From: an uncultured archaeon
Lineage (GTDB): Archaea > Thermoproteota > Nitrososphaeria > Nitrososphaerales > Gagatemarchaeaceae
Assembly (NCBI GenBank): GCA_963817525.1
Contig: CAWFOU010000001.1
Location: 384,001 to 448,000, forward strand
Direction of reading: 5' to 3'
Length of the DNA stretch: 64,000 nucleotides
Of this stretch, positions 6,700 through 16,014 are shown piece after piece (positions within the stretch are counted from its first letter, which is position 1; every line of letters starts with the position of its first letter). The translations under genes were made by a program, and so were the position numbers. Below the pieces are notes generated by a model, which saw only the letters and a list, made by a program, of their open reading frames with translations, ran no database searches and was not told the DNA's origin.

Positions 6700-7296
6700 T
6701 TGCTAGACAGGCTGAGGGGGTCCCTCACTGAGGTCCTCGCCTCGCTGGGCAAGAGCGCCGCCAAGCTCGTCCCCAGCCCCACCGCGTGGACGCTCGTGGG
6801 TCTGCTCTTCGCGCTGCTCGCGTTCGCATTTTACAGCCGGGGTGATCCGTTCCTGGCGGCCCTCATGCTCCTCGTCTCGGGGTTCTTCGACGTCCTGGAC
6901 GGGGCAGTGGCCCGGGCGACGGGCAGGACGAGCCAGAGGGGTGCGTTCCTCGACTCGACGCTGGACCGGGTCGCGGAGGTCCTCGTCTATCTTGGGATAA
7001 TCGTCGGCGGGTACACCAACCCCTCCCTCGTCCTAGTTGCGCTCTCCTCAAGCCTTCTGGTGAGCTACACCCGCGCGAAAGGCGACGCGCTAGGCGTGAG
7101 CCTCGCGGGCATAGGCGTCGGCGAACGGCCAGAGAGGCTGCTCGTGCTGATAGTGGCCTCCCTTCTGGGAATAGTCTGGCTCGGGGTCCTGATTGTGGCA
7201 CTGCTCGCGCTGATCACCTTCGTCCAGAGGACGGTCACCGTGAGCAGGGCGCTCGGGCGCCCAAAGGCGGCCGGCGCCACACAGCCGCCCCCGTGA
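6700..7296 (+). CDS. pgsA: CDP-alcohol phosphatidyltransferase (archaetidylinositol phosphate synthase-like)
   Basis: DVLDGAVARATGRTSQRGAFLDSTLD signature; SYTRAK and GERPER motifs. Confidence 0.92.
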   Translation: MLDRLRGSLTEVLASLGKSAAKLVPSPTAWTLVGLLFALLAFAFYSRGDPFLAALMLLVSGFFDVLDGAVARATGRTSQRGAFLDSTLDRVAEVLVYLGIIVGGYTNPSLVLVALSSSLLVSYTRAKGDALGVSLAGIGVGERPERLLVLIVASLLGIVWLGVLIVALLALITFVQRTVTVSRALGRPKAAGATQPPP

Positions 7297-7316
7297 GCTC
7301 TAGCTAGTCAAGGCGC

Positions 7317-7595
7317 TCAGAACTTGTTGTGTCTCTCGGACTTGGCCCGTACGTTCACTATACCGTAATGTACGGAACAGCTGATACAATAGTAACGAAC
7401 GGTGGTGGGCGCCGCGATGTAAGCGCCGGCCGCCCTGAGCTCCCTCGCGAGGAGGGGCTCGACCAGGCTCAGCCTCGTCGTGACCTTCTTCGCCTTGTCT
7501 CTCGGGACAAGCGCGCCGCAGTTGCTGCACGAAATGAAGCCGGAGCTCCCCTTTCCGCCCTTGGACCTTCCCCGACTCTTTCTCTTCTTTGTCAT
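7317..7595 (-). CDS. rps26e: 30S ribosomal protein S26e
   Basis: MTKKRKSRGRSKG...CSNCGALVPRDKAKK...YCISCSVH...VRAK. Confidence 0.97.
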   Translation of the reverse strand: MTKKRKSRGRSKGGKGSSGFISCSNCGALVPRDKAKKVTTRLSLVEPLLARELRAAGAYIAAPTTVRYYCISCSVHYGIVNVRAKSERHNKF

Positions 7596-7710
7596 CCTAA
7601 TACCGGGAAAGGCGGCGCCAGGGCCTGCTTAAAAGGTTGGGGCACGCCAAAGGCGACGTCCGACTCCAGAAGTCTTAAGACGCTTCCGGAGTGGACGAAG
7701 GGGAGCCGGG

Positions 7711-8610
7711 TTGAATGTCCTTGTCGCGGGTTTCATCACTATCGACAGGATCGAGCTCAACCTGCGGCAGATAGTCTCGATAGGCGGGCCTCCGTGCTAC
7801 GCCGGCCTCCTGTGCGCCAGGTTCGGCTTCGACGTGACGCCCCTCACCAAGGTCGGACCCGACTTCCCCGACGAGCAGATCGTATGGCTCGCGCGCAACG
7901 GGCTCCAGCTCCGCGCAATCGACAGGAGCAGCACAAAGAAGACGACCCGCTTCAAGCTCGTCAACAAGGGGGACGAGCGCTCGCTATACCTCGTCGAGAG
8001 GTGCGAGGACCTGACCCTCGACCAGGTCCCGGACAAGCAGTTCAACGCCTCGCTCATCAGCCCGCTGGCGCACGAGGTCTCGACGCAGCTCTTCGAAGAG
8101 ATAAGGAAGCGCTCTGACTTTTGCTTCTTGGACCCCCAGGGGTTCGTGAGGATGTTCGAGGCCTCGGGGAGGGTCATCGTCGACAGCTGGAACGACGAGA
8201 AGGTGCTCGGGAACGTGGACGCGCTCAAGATGGACCTCGAGGAAGCCCACGCGCTGACCGGGACCTCCGATGGCAAAGCCGCCCTCGTGAAGCTCTCAAA
8301 GAAGGTGAGGAAGGCGGTGGTCACCAGGGGGAGCGAGCCCGCCCTGGTTCTCGACGGGAACAAGATCTCTCAGGTGGAGGTCCCGAAGGTCAAGGTGCTG
8401 GACAGCACCGGCGCGGGGGACATCTTCGCGGGCTCGCTCATCAGCTGCTTCCTGCGGTCGCGCGACTTCCTCTGGTCGTGCTGCTTCGGCATAGCCGCGT
8501 CCTCCATGTCTCTCACCTCCATAGCCCTGGGCAAGATAGAGCTCCCGCACAGCGTCGACCAGCAGGCGAGGAAGCTCTACGCCTCGGCGACGACCGTCGA
8601 GACCGTGTGA
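7711..8610 (+). CDS. PfkB/ribokinase-family carbohydrate kinase
   Basis: N-terminal GG motif, DPQG, C-terminal DSTGAGDIF signature. Confidence 0.9.
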   Translation: MNVLVAGFITIDRIELNLRQIVSIGGPPCYAGLLCARFGFDVTPLTKVGPDFPDEQIVWLARNGLQLRAIDRSSTKKTTRFKLVNKGDERSLYLVERCEDLTLDQVPDKQFNASLISPLAHEVSTQLFEEIRKRSDFCFLDPQGFVRMFEASGRVIVDSWNDEKVLGNVDALKMDLEEAHALTGTSDGKAALVKLSKKVRKAVVTRGSEPALVLDGNKISQVEVPKVKVLDSTGAGDIFAGSLISCFLRSRDFLWSCCFGIAASSMSLTSIALGKIELPHSVDQQARKLYASATTVETV

Positions 8611-8612
8611 GC

Positions 8613-10046
8613 TCAGTAGGCCTTTGCCAGGTAGGCCAGCTCCGTCCCCTTCATCCCGCACCAGGTGCATGTCTCTGCGTGCTTCTCCTGGATGTCGACC
8701 CTCTTCCCACGCACCTCGTACCCCCCCGTCTGGGCCTTTATCTCGCGGGCGCACTCCTCCCTCCCGCAGAAGGTGAACTTGATGAAGCCCCCCACACCCC
8801 TCGCCTTGGCGAGCAGGTCCTCCTTCGATGAGGCCTCGTGGATGTTGGAGTTCAGCCACTCCCACGCCTTCCGGGACATGTCGGCGAGCATCTCGCGCTC
8901 GAGCGAGGCCAGGTGCGAGACCAGCGAGTCTTCCTTCACGCTCTCCCTCTTCCTCAGGTCTCTCCTGGTGACGGTGAGCACCTTGCTCTCCGCCTCCCGA
9001 GGGCCTATCTCGATCCTGACCGGGGTCCCGAGCATCTCCCAGCGGTAGAACTTCTCGCCCGCGGTCTCCGAGCCGTCGTCGACCTTGACCCTGTAGCCGG
9101 CATCCGCCAGCCTCCCTTCGAGGGCCCGGGCGTAGAACGCCAGCTCGGGCTCGTTCCTTATCGGGATGATCACAACCTGGACGATGGCCGCCTTGAAGGG
9201 CAGCACGAGGCCGTAGTCGTCGCCGTGGACGGATATCACAAGGGCGGCTATCCTGGAGACCCCAGGCCCGAAGCAGGTGGACTCGGGGACCACCTTCTGC
9301 CCGTCGGACGCGAGGTATGACACCTCGAACGGGCCTGTGAACCTCTTCCCCAGGAGGTGGGTCGTAGCGGACTGGAGCACCTGCTTGTCAGGCAGGACGA
9401 CGTCGTACGCGAGGCTCCTCTCCGCGCCAGGGAACCTGTCGAAGGGCTCCCTCTCGATGGGGAGGAAGGGGAGGCCGAACTCCTCGAACGTCTTCCTCGT
9501 GATCTCCATGTCCTCGGTGAGCTGGGCCTCCGCCCCCTGCCTCGTCGCAAAGACGTCGTGGGACTCGATCCAGAGGAACTCCCTCCCTCTGAAGAGTGGC
9601 CGGGTGGCCTTGGTCTCGTGGCGGTAGACCGCGCAGGACTGGAAGGCCTTGAACGGGAGGTCCCTGTAGCTCCTGATCCAGAGCGCGTACATCGGGTATA
9701 TCGCAGTCTCCGAGGTGGGCCTGATGAAGAGCCTCTCCTCCAGCTCCTCGCCCCCGGCCTTCTCCACCGAGAAGACCTGGTTCTCAAAGCCCTTGACGTG
9801 CTCCTTCTCCACAAGGAGGTTCTTGTACGGTATCAGGAGGGGGAAGAGCATCGCCTTGTGCCCGCTGGCGATGAGGTGCCTCTCGAGGCTCTCGTAGATC
9901 TCGCGTATTATGTGCATCAGGTTGGGCCTGAACACGACGAACCCCTTCACCCCGTACCTCACGTCGGCGAGCTCTGCCTTCTCCGAGACGAGGTCGTACC
10001 ACTCGCCGAACTGCTTCGTCTTTTCAGGGAGGGGGGCCTTCGCCAA
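8613..10046 (-). CDS. proS: Proline--tRNA ligase, archaeal/eukaryotic type
   Basis: IRPTSET, WIRSYRDLP, YRHETKATRPLFRGREFLWIE and C-terminal LAKAY; start placed at TTG 10046 rather than 10109. Confidence 0.96.
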   Translation of the reverse strand: MAKAPLPEKTKQFGEWYDLVSEKAELADVRYGVKGFVVFRPNLMHIIREIYESLERHLIASGHKAMLFPLLIPYKNLLVEKEHVKGFENQVFSVEKAGGEELEERLFIRPTSETAIYPMYALWIRSYRDLPFKAFQSCAVYRHETKATRPLFRGREFLWIESHDVFATRQGAEAQLTEDMEITRKTFEEFGLPFLPIEREPFDRFPGAERSLAYDVVLPDKQVLQSATTHLLGKRFTGPFEVSYLASDGQKVVPESTCFGPGVSRIAALVISVHGDDYGLVLPFKAAIVQVVIIPIRNEPELAFYARALEGRLADAGYRVKVDDGSETAGEKFYRWEMLGTPVRIEIGPREAESKVLTVTRRDLRKRESVKEDSLVSHLASLEREMLADMSRKAWEWLNSNIHEASSKEDLLAKARGVGGFIKFTFCGREECAREIKAQTGGYEVRGKRVDIQEKHAETCTWCGMKGTELAYLAKAY

Positions 10047-10105
10047 CGAATTCCGTGCGCCCGCGCCCCGGACGAGATTTAAGGCTTCGGCGCTTTGGAG
10101 GCGCC

Positions 10106-10726
10106 TCACGCCCCGGCCAGGGTCGTGACTATCACCGTCACGCCTATCACCGTGAAAACGACGATCGAGAGGTACTTTATCCGTTTGGGGGACAAGATCC
10201 TCCCCAACCTGTTCCCGAGCGCCGTCTCGACCGCGACCGCGCCGACGAGACCAATGACCGCCCCCGCGAAGACCACGAGGGCGTCCTGGAAGCGCGCGAG
10301 GAAGACGATGGTCACGAGCTCCGTGGCATCCCCGGCCAGGTCGAGGAGGACGAGCGTCGCCACGGCGGGGATGAATATCGACCAGACGCTCTTCGCGCTC
10401 TTCTCGAGCAGCCTCTCCTCCCTCTGGTCGACCTTGCTCTCCTCCCTCGAGAGCCTGTAGAACTCCAGCGCGGCGTACCCCAGCATTATCGCGCCGCCCG
10501 CCAGCTTGATGGCGAACACGGGGACGACCGCTATCAGAACTGAACCCACGAGTACGATCACGGCGGTGCTGATTGTGAACGCGACCGACCCGGCGAGGAA
10601 GACCACCGAGGCCTTGGTCTTGGTGGCGAGCGCGAGGAGGAAGAGGGCGTCCTTGTCGGTGAGCTCGGCTACGAAGACCGTTCCCATCGTCGTGAAGAGC
10701 GCGGCGAGGATGGCCGTTTGGTCCAG
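10106..10726 (-). CDS. TMEM165/GDT1 (UPF0016) family membrane protein
   Basis: VFVAELTDK and LDLAGDATE resemble the two ExGD(K/R) repeats; multi-TM; start uncertain (ATG 10687 or CTG 10726). Confidence 0.8.
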   Translation of the reverse strand: MDQTAILAALFTTMGTVFVAELTDKDALFLLALATKTKASVVFLAGSVAFTISTAVIVLVGSVLIAVVPVFAIKLAGGAIMLGYAALEFYRLSREESKVDQREERLLEKSAKSVWSIFIPAVATLVLLDLAGDATELVTIVFLARFQDALVVFAGAVIGLVGAVAVETALGNRLGRILSPKRIKYLSIVVFTVIGVTVIVTTLAGA

Positions 10727-10859
10727 CTCACGTCGCCTCCGATGCCGTCTTCGAGCCCATCAGGCCCGCCCCTCTGCCGAGGTTCGGGTAAAGGCTTTGC
10801 AGACGGAATCGGGGAAGAGTGATATCTCCCCAGAGCTGGTGCCATGACGAGATACCCGC

Positions 10860-11726
10860 TTGCGCACGCTAACCATAGGCTTCCAGGGGGAGCACGGCGC
10901 CTACAGCGAGGAGGCGATCTTCAAGCAGTTCGGGAGGGACGTAAAGACAGTGCCGGCGGTGAGCATACACGAAGTCTTCAACCTCACCGAGGCGGGGGCG
11001 GTCGACCTAGGGGTCGTCCCGGTGGAGAATTCAGTCGAGGGGAGCATCAACGAGACCTACGACATGCTTCTCTCCTCCAACCTCACAGTCGTCGACGAGG
11101 TCGTCCTGCGGGTCGTCCACTGCCTCATCGCCCTCCGCGCGGCGAAGCTCGAAGGGGTCAAGGTGGTCTACTCGCACCCCCAGGCCCTCGCGCAGTGCCG
11201 TAACTTCATCACCTCGCTTGGGGTTGAGCCTATCGTCACCTACGACACGGCCGGGAGCGTCAAGATGATCAAGGAGAAGAGGCTCAAGGGGGCCGCCGCC
11301 ATCGCCGGCGAGAGGGCCGCGGCCATCTATGGCCTCAAGGTGCTCAAGAAGGGCATCGAGGACTACTCCACCAACTCGACTCGCTTCCTGGTCGTCTCGA
11401 GGGAGCCATCCGCGGAGGGCGAGCGTGGACCGGCATCCCGACGCGGGGTGAGCCAGGGGAGCAAGACGTCTCTGATCTTCGCGGTCCCCCACACGCCGGG
11501 CTCGCTCTACAACGCCCTCGAGGTCTTCGCGAGGGCGAAGATCAACCTTACGAAGATAGAGTCCAGGCCCACGAAGGAGCGTCCCTGGGAGTACTACTTC
11601 TTCGTGGACTTTGAGGGGCGAAGGGACGACAGGAAGGTCGTGGAGGTCCTGACCGAGCTCGCCACGAAGACGGCCTTTCTCAAGGTCCTCGGCTCCTACC
11701 CTCGCTCGAGGGCAGATCGCTCCTGA
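10860..11726 (+). CDS. pheA: Prephenate dehydratase with ACT domain
   Basis: GAYSE, VPVENSVEG, SHPQALAQC, TRF and INLTKIESRP motifs. Confidence 0.96.
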   Translation: MRTLTIGFQGEHGAYSEEAIFKQFGRDVKTVPAVSIHEVFNLTEAGAVDLGVVPVENSVEGSINETYDMLLSSNLTVVDEVVLRVVHCLIALRAAKLEGVKVVYSHPQALAQCRNFITSLGVEPIVTYDTAGSVKMIKEKRLKGAAAIAGERAAAIYGLKVLKKGIEDYSTNSTRFLVVSREPSAEGERGPASRRGVSQGSKTSLIFAVPHTPGSLYNALEVFARAKINLTKIESRPTKERPWEYYFFVDFEGRRDDRKVVEVLTELATKTAFLKVLGSYPRSRADRS

Positions 11727-12319
11727 CGTCAGGAGCCATCCACGACGCCGACTCCCTGTCGCTAGTCTCGGAGGAGGTCAGGCGTTGCACAAAATGCCCC
11801 CTCTCGCTTGCGAGGACCAACGCCGTCCCGGGCGAAGGCCCCCCCGACGCCGACGTGGTCCTTGTTGGCGAAGGCCCCGGAAGGAACGAGGACCTTCAGG
11901 GGAGGCCGTTCATCGGGGCGGCCGGGAAGCAGCTGGAGGCGCTCCTAAGGGAGGCCGGGCTGGCGAGAGGCGACGTATACATCACCAACGTGGTGAAGTG
12001 CCGCCCACCCGAGAACCGCCGCCCCACCGGCGCGGAGGCGGACGCCTGCCAACCCTACCTCGTGAGGCAGCTTGGGCTTCTTCGCCCCAAGGCCGTGGTC
12101 CTGCTCGGGGACAGCGCGCTGAAGCGCTTTCTCCCGGCAGAGGGCCTTTCAGGCGCGCACGGCAGGGCTTTCGAGCGGGGGGGCATCGTCTTCTTCCCTA
12201 CATACCATCCCGCCGCCATGATCTACAACCGGTCCCTCGAAGCCGTTTCTAGCGAAGACTTTCGGGCGCTCGGTAAGGTATTGGATGGCCTGGGCACGAG
12301 AAAGAGGCGGGGCCTCTAG
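11723..12319 (+). CDS. udg: Uracil-DNA glycosylase family 4 (Fe-S)
   Basis: GEGPG, VKCRPPENR and YHPAA motifs. The frame extends upstream of the called start through CTKCPL...VPGEG to a CTG overlapping the pheA stop. Confidence 0.92.
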   Translation: MTSGAIHDADSLSLVSEEVRRCTKCPLSLARTNAVPGEGPPDADVVLVGEGPGRNEDLQGRPFIGAAGKQLEALLREAGLARGDVYITNVVKCRPPENRRPTGAEADACQPYLVRQLGLLRPKAVVLLGDSALKRFLPAEGLSGAHGRAFERGGIVFFPTYHPAAMIYNRSLEAVSSEDFRALGKVLDGLGTRKRRGL

Positions 12320-12327
12320 CCGCTGGG

Positions 12328-12924
12328 CTATTCCCTGTTGTAGACGAGCAGGAAGGCCGCCGCTAGGAGCAGGATGAGCCCTACGCCTAGCCCCGCTACC
12401 GTGTTGTGCTTGCCCAGCTCATAGACGGAGACGGGGGAGAGAACGAGGAGGACTATGATGCCGAGGTTCTTGAGGTTGACTCCCTGTAACTTGACCGAGG
12501 GCAGTATCAGGTAGCTGAAGAACACGAGGACGGCCGGGAAGATGAGCGGGTATCTCCCGTCGACCATGTTGAGGACGCCGTTCCCCAGGTTCCCGTCCGC
12601 GGAATACCACGCCGAGATGAACGCGAGGACGATGGAGAGCAGTGCTAGCTGCTGGAGCCTCCTGCTGAGGGTTGCTGTCGCGCCCTTCCGCGCGTTGGGG
12701 GCCTCCGAGTCAAAGTCCAGCACCACCGCGAGCGCCACGGCCGCGAACCCGAGGAGGAAAATGTAGGGGCTCTGGGTGACCTCGATGTACACGAGCGAGG
12801 GCATGACCGCTGACAGCCCGACGCCCGCCCATACGTAGAGCGCGTACACGAAGTTGATTATGAACGGGGCGGCGTAAAGGAGCAGCGCGACATCTCCGTA
12901 CTTCGCTCCCACCTTGTCGCTCAA
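12328..12924 (-). CDS. Multi-pass membrane protein, unknown function
   Basis: 198 aa with about six hydrophobic segments and host-like codon usage. Confidence 0.75.
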   Translation of the reverse strand: MSDKVGAKYGDVALLLYAAPFIINFVYALYVWAGVGLSAVMPSLVYIEVTQSPYIFLLGFAAVALAVVLDFDSEAPNARKGATATLSRRLQQLALLSIVLAFISAWYSADGNLGNGVLNMVDGRYPLIFPAVLVFFSYLILPSVKLQGVNLKNLGIIVLLVLSPVSVYELGKHNTVAGLGVGLILLLAAAFLLVYNRE

Positions 12925-12998
12925 TGATGTTCACCCGCGCGGCCGGGACGGGGTTAAAACTCTTCGCTTGTCGTGGGCGCCCAGCCCCCTCTCGCGGC

Positions 12999-13767
12999 CT
13001 ATGCGAGCTTCCTACCGAAGACCAGGTAGGCGGTGTGCGCGACCATGAACATGGAGGGCCTTGTCATACCCGTCCTCGCCTCGATGTTGCGGGCTATCAG
13101 CTCGAGGGTCTCCGTCGCCGCGAACCCCTCATCGTGGAGGGTCTGGACGAGCTTCTCGGCCTGGTTCATCGTAGGGCAGATCGCCGCCAGCATCGCAGAC
13201 GGGGCGAGCGCCTCCTTGACCGGCTTCACGAGCTCCCACGGGATCCCCCATGTCGATGAGCGCCGCGTCGAGGTCCCTCTCCTCGATGCCGAGCTTCGCA
13301 TCCTGGGTCTTCAGGGTGACGTGCGTCAAGAGCCCGAACCGCTCGAGGTTCCTCCTCGCACCCGACTGGAACTCGTCGTTGATGTCGTAGCTGAACACTC
13401 GGCCCTCGGGCGCCACTGTGTACGCCATCGCCGCCGTCGCGGCCCCGCTCCCCGTCCCCGCCTCGAAGACCCTGCTCCCTGAGTGGATGCCGCACTTGAT
13501 TATGATCATGCCGATGTCCTTTGGGTAGATGACCTGGGTCCTCCTGGAGAACTTCATCACGATGTCCTCGAGGGTCGGCTTCAGTATCATCAGCTCGTCG
13601 TTTAGCGTGGTGAGGACCCGAATCCCATAGTCCCTTCCCACGAGGGAGGCGCAGTCGAGGATACCAAGGTGGGTGTGGAGCTTCGGCGTCTCCGATACCC
13701 TGACTAGCCACTTCCTCCTCTTGTCCCTGTACACGAGGATGAAGGAGTCCGGCGTGATCTTCTCCAT
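12999..13767 (-). pseudogene. trmI: tRNA (adenine-N1)-methyltransferase TrmI/GCD14 with a frameshift near 13242
   Basis: RRTQVIYPKD, VFEAGTGSG and IDMGDP in one frame; WELV...CPTMNQ...HTAYLVFGRK in another; one extra base in GATCCCGTGG. Confidence 0.88.
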
Positions 13768-13999
13768 GTTGCTTCTCGGGCGCCTGCCGCTAACGTTTAT
13801 TTGGCTTATGCATAGGTCCACGGCAAAACCCGCGTTCGCGCGTAGGTTGGGGCGGCACCCGCGGCGTTGCGCGCCAAGGGCGTGAAGTGGTGACTTTGGA
13901 AGGGGCCCCGGTCCGCCGAAGGGAAAGCCCCGTGAACGAGATGCCTTCGGTTGGATTCGCAGAGTCAGGCGGAGGCGAGTTTCGTGCACGAGGACCCTG

Positions 14000-14404
14000 T
14001 CATGAGTCCTTCCTCTGGTTGCGATACAAGGATCGGGTCAGTTTCTCCGCGGTCTTCGAGAGGAGTCGGGGGGCATCCATCATCATCCCCAGTCCACATA
14101 GGAACACGGCTACCCCGAGCGTGACCACGATAGGGAGGGACGTCTCGTAGAACTTCATGGAAGCGTAGCACCCTATCGACCCAGCGCCCCCGATAGCGCA
14201 TCCGAGAAAGGGCAGAGCGGTGCTGCTGAGGGCGACGACGAGACCGAACCCGCAGAGGATCGACCCGATGTTGATGAAACGGATCGCCCTCAGAGATTCG
14301 GCCGGCAGCTCCACGATGTGCCTCGGCGTCGTCAGATGGTTGCCGCACTGAAAGCAGTAGAGGGAGCTTGCTGGGATCTCCGCCTTGCAGGCCGGGCAGA
14401 TCAT
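14000..14404 (-). CDS. Zn-ribbon plus membrane-domain protein
   Basis: MICPACKAEIPASSLYCFQCG followed by three hydrophobic segments. Confidence 0.7.
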   Translation of the reverse strand: MICPACKAEIPASSLYCFQCGNHLTTPRHIVELPAESLRAIRFINIGSILCGFGLVVALSSTALPFLGCAIGGAGSIGCYASMKFYETSLPIVVTLGVAVFLCGLGMMMDAPRLLSKTAEKLTRSLYRNQRKDS

Positions 14405-14522
14405 GGGTCTTCGATGCCCATCCTCGTTGGACGAAGGTCGTCTACCTCGCACGGCCGCCCGCCCCCTGGTCGTCGCCGATGCATGTCGGAGTCGAGGGAC
14501 GTTCGACCATTGTCGCACGCCT

Positions 14523-15884
14523 TCACTTGGGGGTCACATCCCACGAAGCCTTCCCCTGAAGGAACTCGATCAGCCCCGCGACCATGGGTTCGTTCTCCAG
14601 GAAGCCTATGAACCAGAGGCTCAGCACCAGGGTAACGACGCCCTTGAGGTGCCGCCGCACCCCGCCCTGGTAGTTGTAGAGACGATTGAGGTAGAAACCA
14701 AGCAGGTAGGTGAAGGCCCAGATAGAAAGCGAGACAACGGCGCCCAGGCCCAGGACGACCTGCACGAGGCCCCCACCCAGGAGCGAATGCCATATCTGTC
14801 CGTTGATGGCCGAGAAGAGTATCTGGCCTGCCGTCATGAACGGCGGATGCAGGTAGGGAGAGATTCCTAGGTGCAAGTGGAAGAGGTCTGACGCGAAGTA
14901 GAAAGCCGTAAGGACCCAGAGGGGGATCGAGATGATGGTCGCGAAGAAGCCGGTGGTCCAGATAGAGAGCCGGAAGCCTGCTTCGCGCTTGAGCTTCCCG
15001 TCCATGTGCTTCCAGTTCTGGAGGGTCCCGACCACCCACCTCTTCCGCTGTTTCATCAGGCCGGAGATGGTCGCGGGGGAGGACTCGAGCACTATCCCGC
15101 CGTGCCAGCCGAACCCGGGATGCTTCTTGTGGGCGTAGAAGCCGAAGAGCTGGTCCTCCGCGATGCTCTTGTCGTTTGCCCACCCCGTCTCGCACTCGAC
15201 GTCAGCCCTCATGAGGAGGTTGCTCCCATGCAGGTGACTCGGGGGTCCAGAACCGGTTATCGTGGAAACGCAGAAGTAGCAGTTGGAGCTCCTTATCGAG
15301 TCGGCTACGCCCGAGAGGCCATTCTTGGAAAAGCTCGACGGGAACAGGATGGGCCCTTCGGCGAGGAGGCCGTCCCCGCTACCGATGTACTTCACGATCG
15401 CCTCTACCGTCTGAGGGAGGACGACAGACTCCTCGTCGATGTGGAAGATCCAAACGTTCTTCAGGTCGGGGAACCTTTGCTGGTACTGCTCTGCGGCGTA
15501 GTTGAGCGATCGAGCCTTCCTCACGGCGTTGCACCGATAGGAATCCGGCACGACGATTGCCTCGTCGGCGTCCGCGTGGGTGTAGGCGTCCCGGGGGTCG
15601 TCCGAGACCGTGACGACCTTGTATGACCTCAAGCCCATCTCGCTGGCGGACTTCCTTATGCTAGAAACGCCCCGGCCAACGATCCCGAGGTTGTCGGTGA
15701 CCGAGAGTGCGGTGATCTGGAAGATGACTGTCGCTCCGATTCGAGGCAAGACTCCGTTCGGTTTGTAAAGAAAGACATGGCGGTTCCGGTAGTAGTTGAG
15801 GAGGAAAGACGCGCCGTACGGAAGATATGTCAGCCAGAGGGCGAGGACGAGATACCAGCCGAGCTCGTAGTAGCTGAGGGACAT
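14523..15884 (-). CDS. Membrane-embedded family-2 glycosyltransferase (egghead-like)
   Basis: KARSL, HIDEES, HGSNLL, AED and QRKRW motifs with flanking TM helices. Confidence 0.88.
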   Translation of the reverse strand: MSLSYYELGWYLVLALWLTYLPYGASFLLNYYRNRHVFLYKPNGVLPRIGATVIFQITALSVTDNLGIVGRGVSSIRKSASEMGLRSYKVVTVSDDPRDAYTHADADEAIVVPDSYRCNAVRKARSLNYAAEQYQQRFPDLKNVWIFHIDEESVVLPQTVEAIVKYIGSGDGLLAEGPILFPSSFSKNGLSGVADSIRSSNCYFCVSTITGSGPPSHLHGSNLLMRADVECETGWANDKSIAEDQLFGFYAHKKHPGFGWHGGIVLESSPATISGLMKQRKRWVVGTLQNWKHMDGKLKREAGFRLSIWTTGFFATIISIPLWVLTAFYFASDLFHLHLGISPYLHPPFMTAGQILFSAINGQIWHSLLGGGLVQVVLGLGAVVSLSIWAFTYLLGFYLNRLYNYQGGVRRHLKGVVTLVLSLWFIGFLENEPMVAGLIEFLQGKASWDVTPK

Positions 15885-15885
15885 T

Positions 15886-16014
15886 CTAGTAGTAGAACCC
15901 TACCACGGGGATGGCGAGCCCGATCAGCAACAAGACGGCCAGCACCCCAGCGAGCGCGACGCCGAGCATGATCTTGTCCTTTCTCCCCAGAGGGTTCATC
16001 AGGACCGCTGGCAC
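15886..16014 (-). CDS. Small single-TM protein (37-42 aa), not in the ORF track
   Basis: MNPLGRKDKIMLGVALAGVLAVLLLIGLAIPVVGFYY (ATG 15999, in-frame GTG 16014) exactly fills the gap between two co-oriented genes. Confidence 0.65.
   Translation of the reverse strand: MPAVLMNPLGRKDKIMLGVALAGVLAVLLLIGLAIPVVGFYY

Noticed and set aside
1190-6700. tRNA gene as attachment site of the element
   Set aside because: No cloverleaf or T-loop GTTCRA motif near either end.
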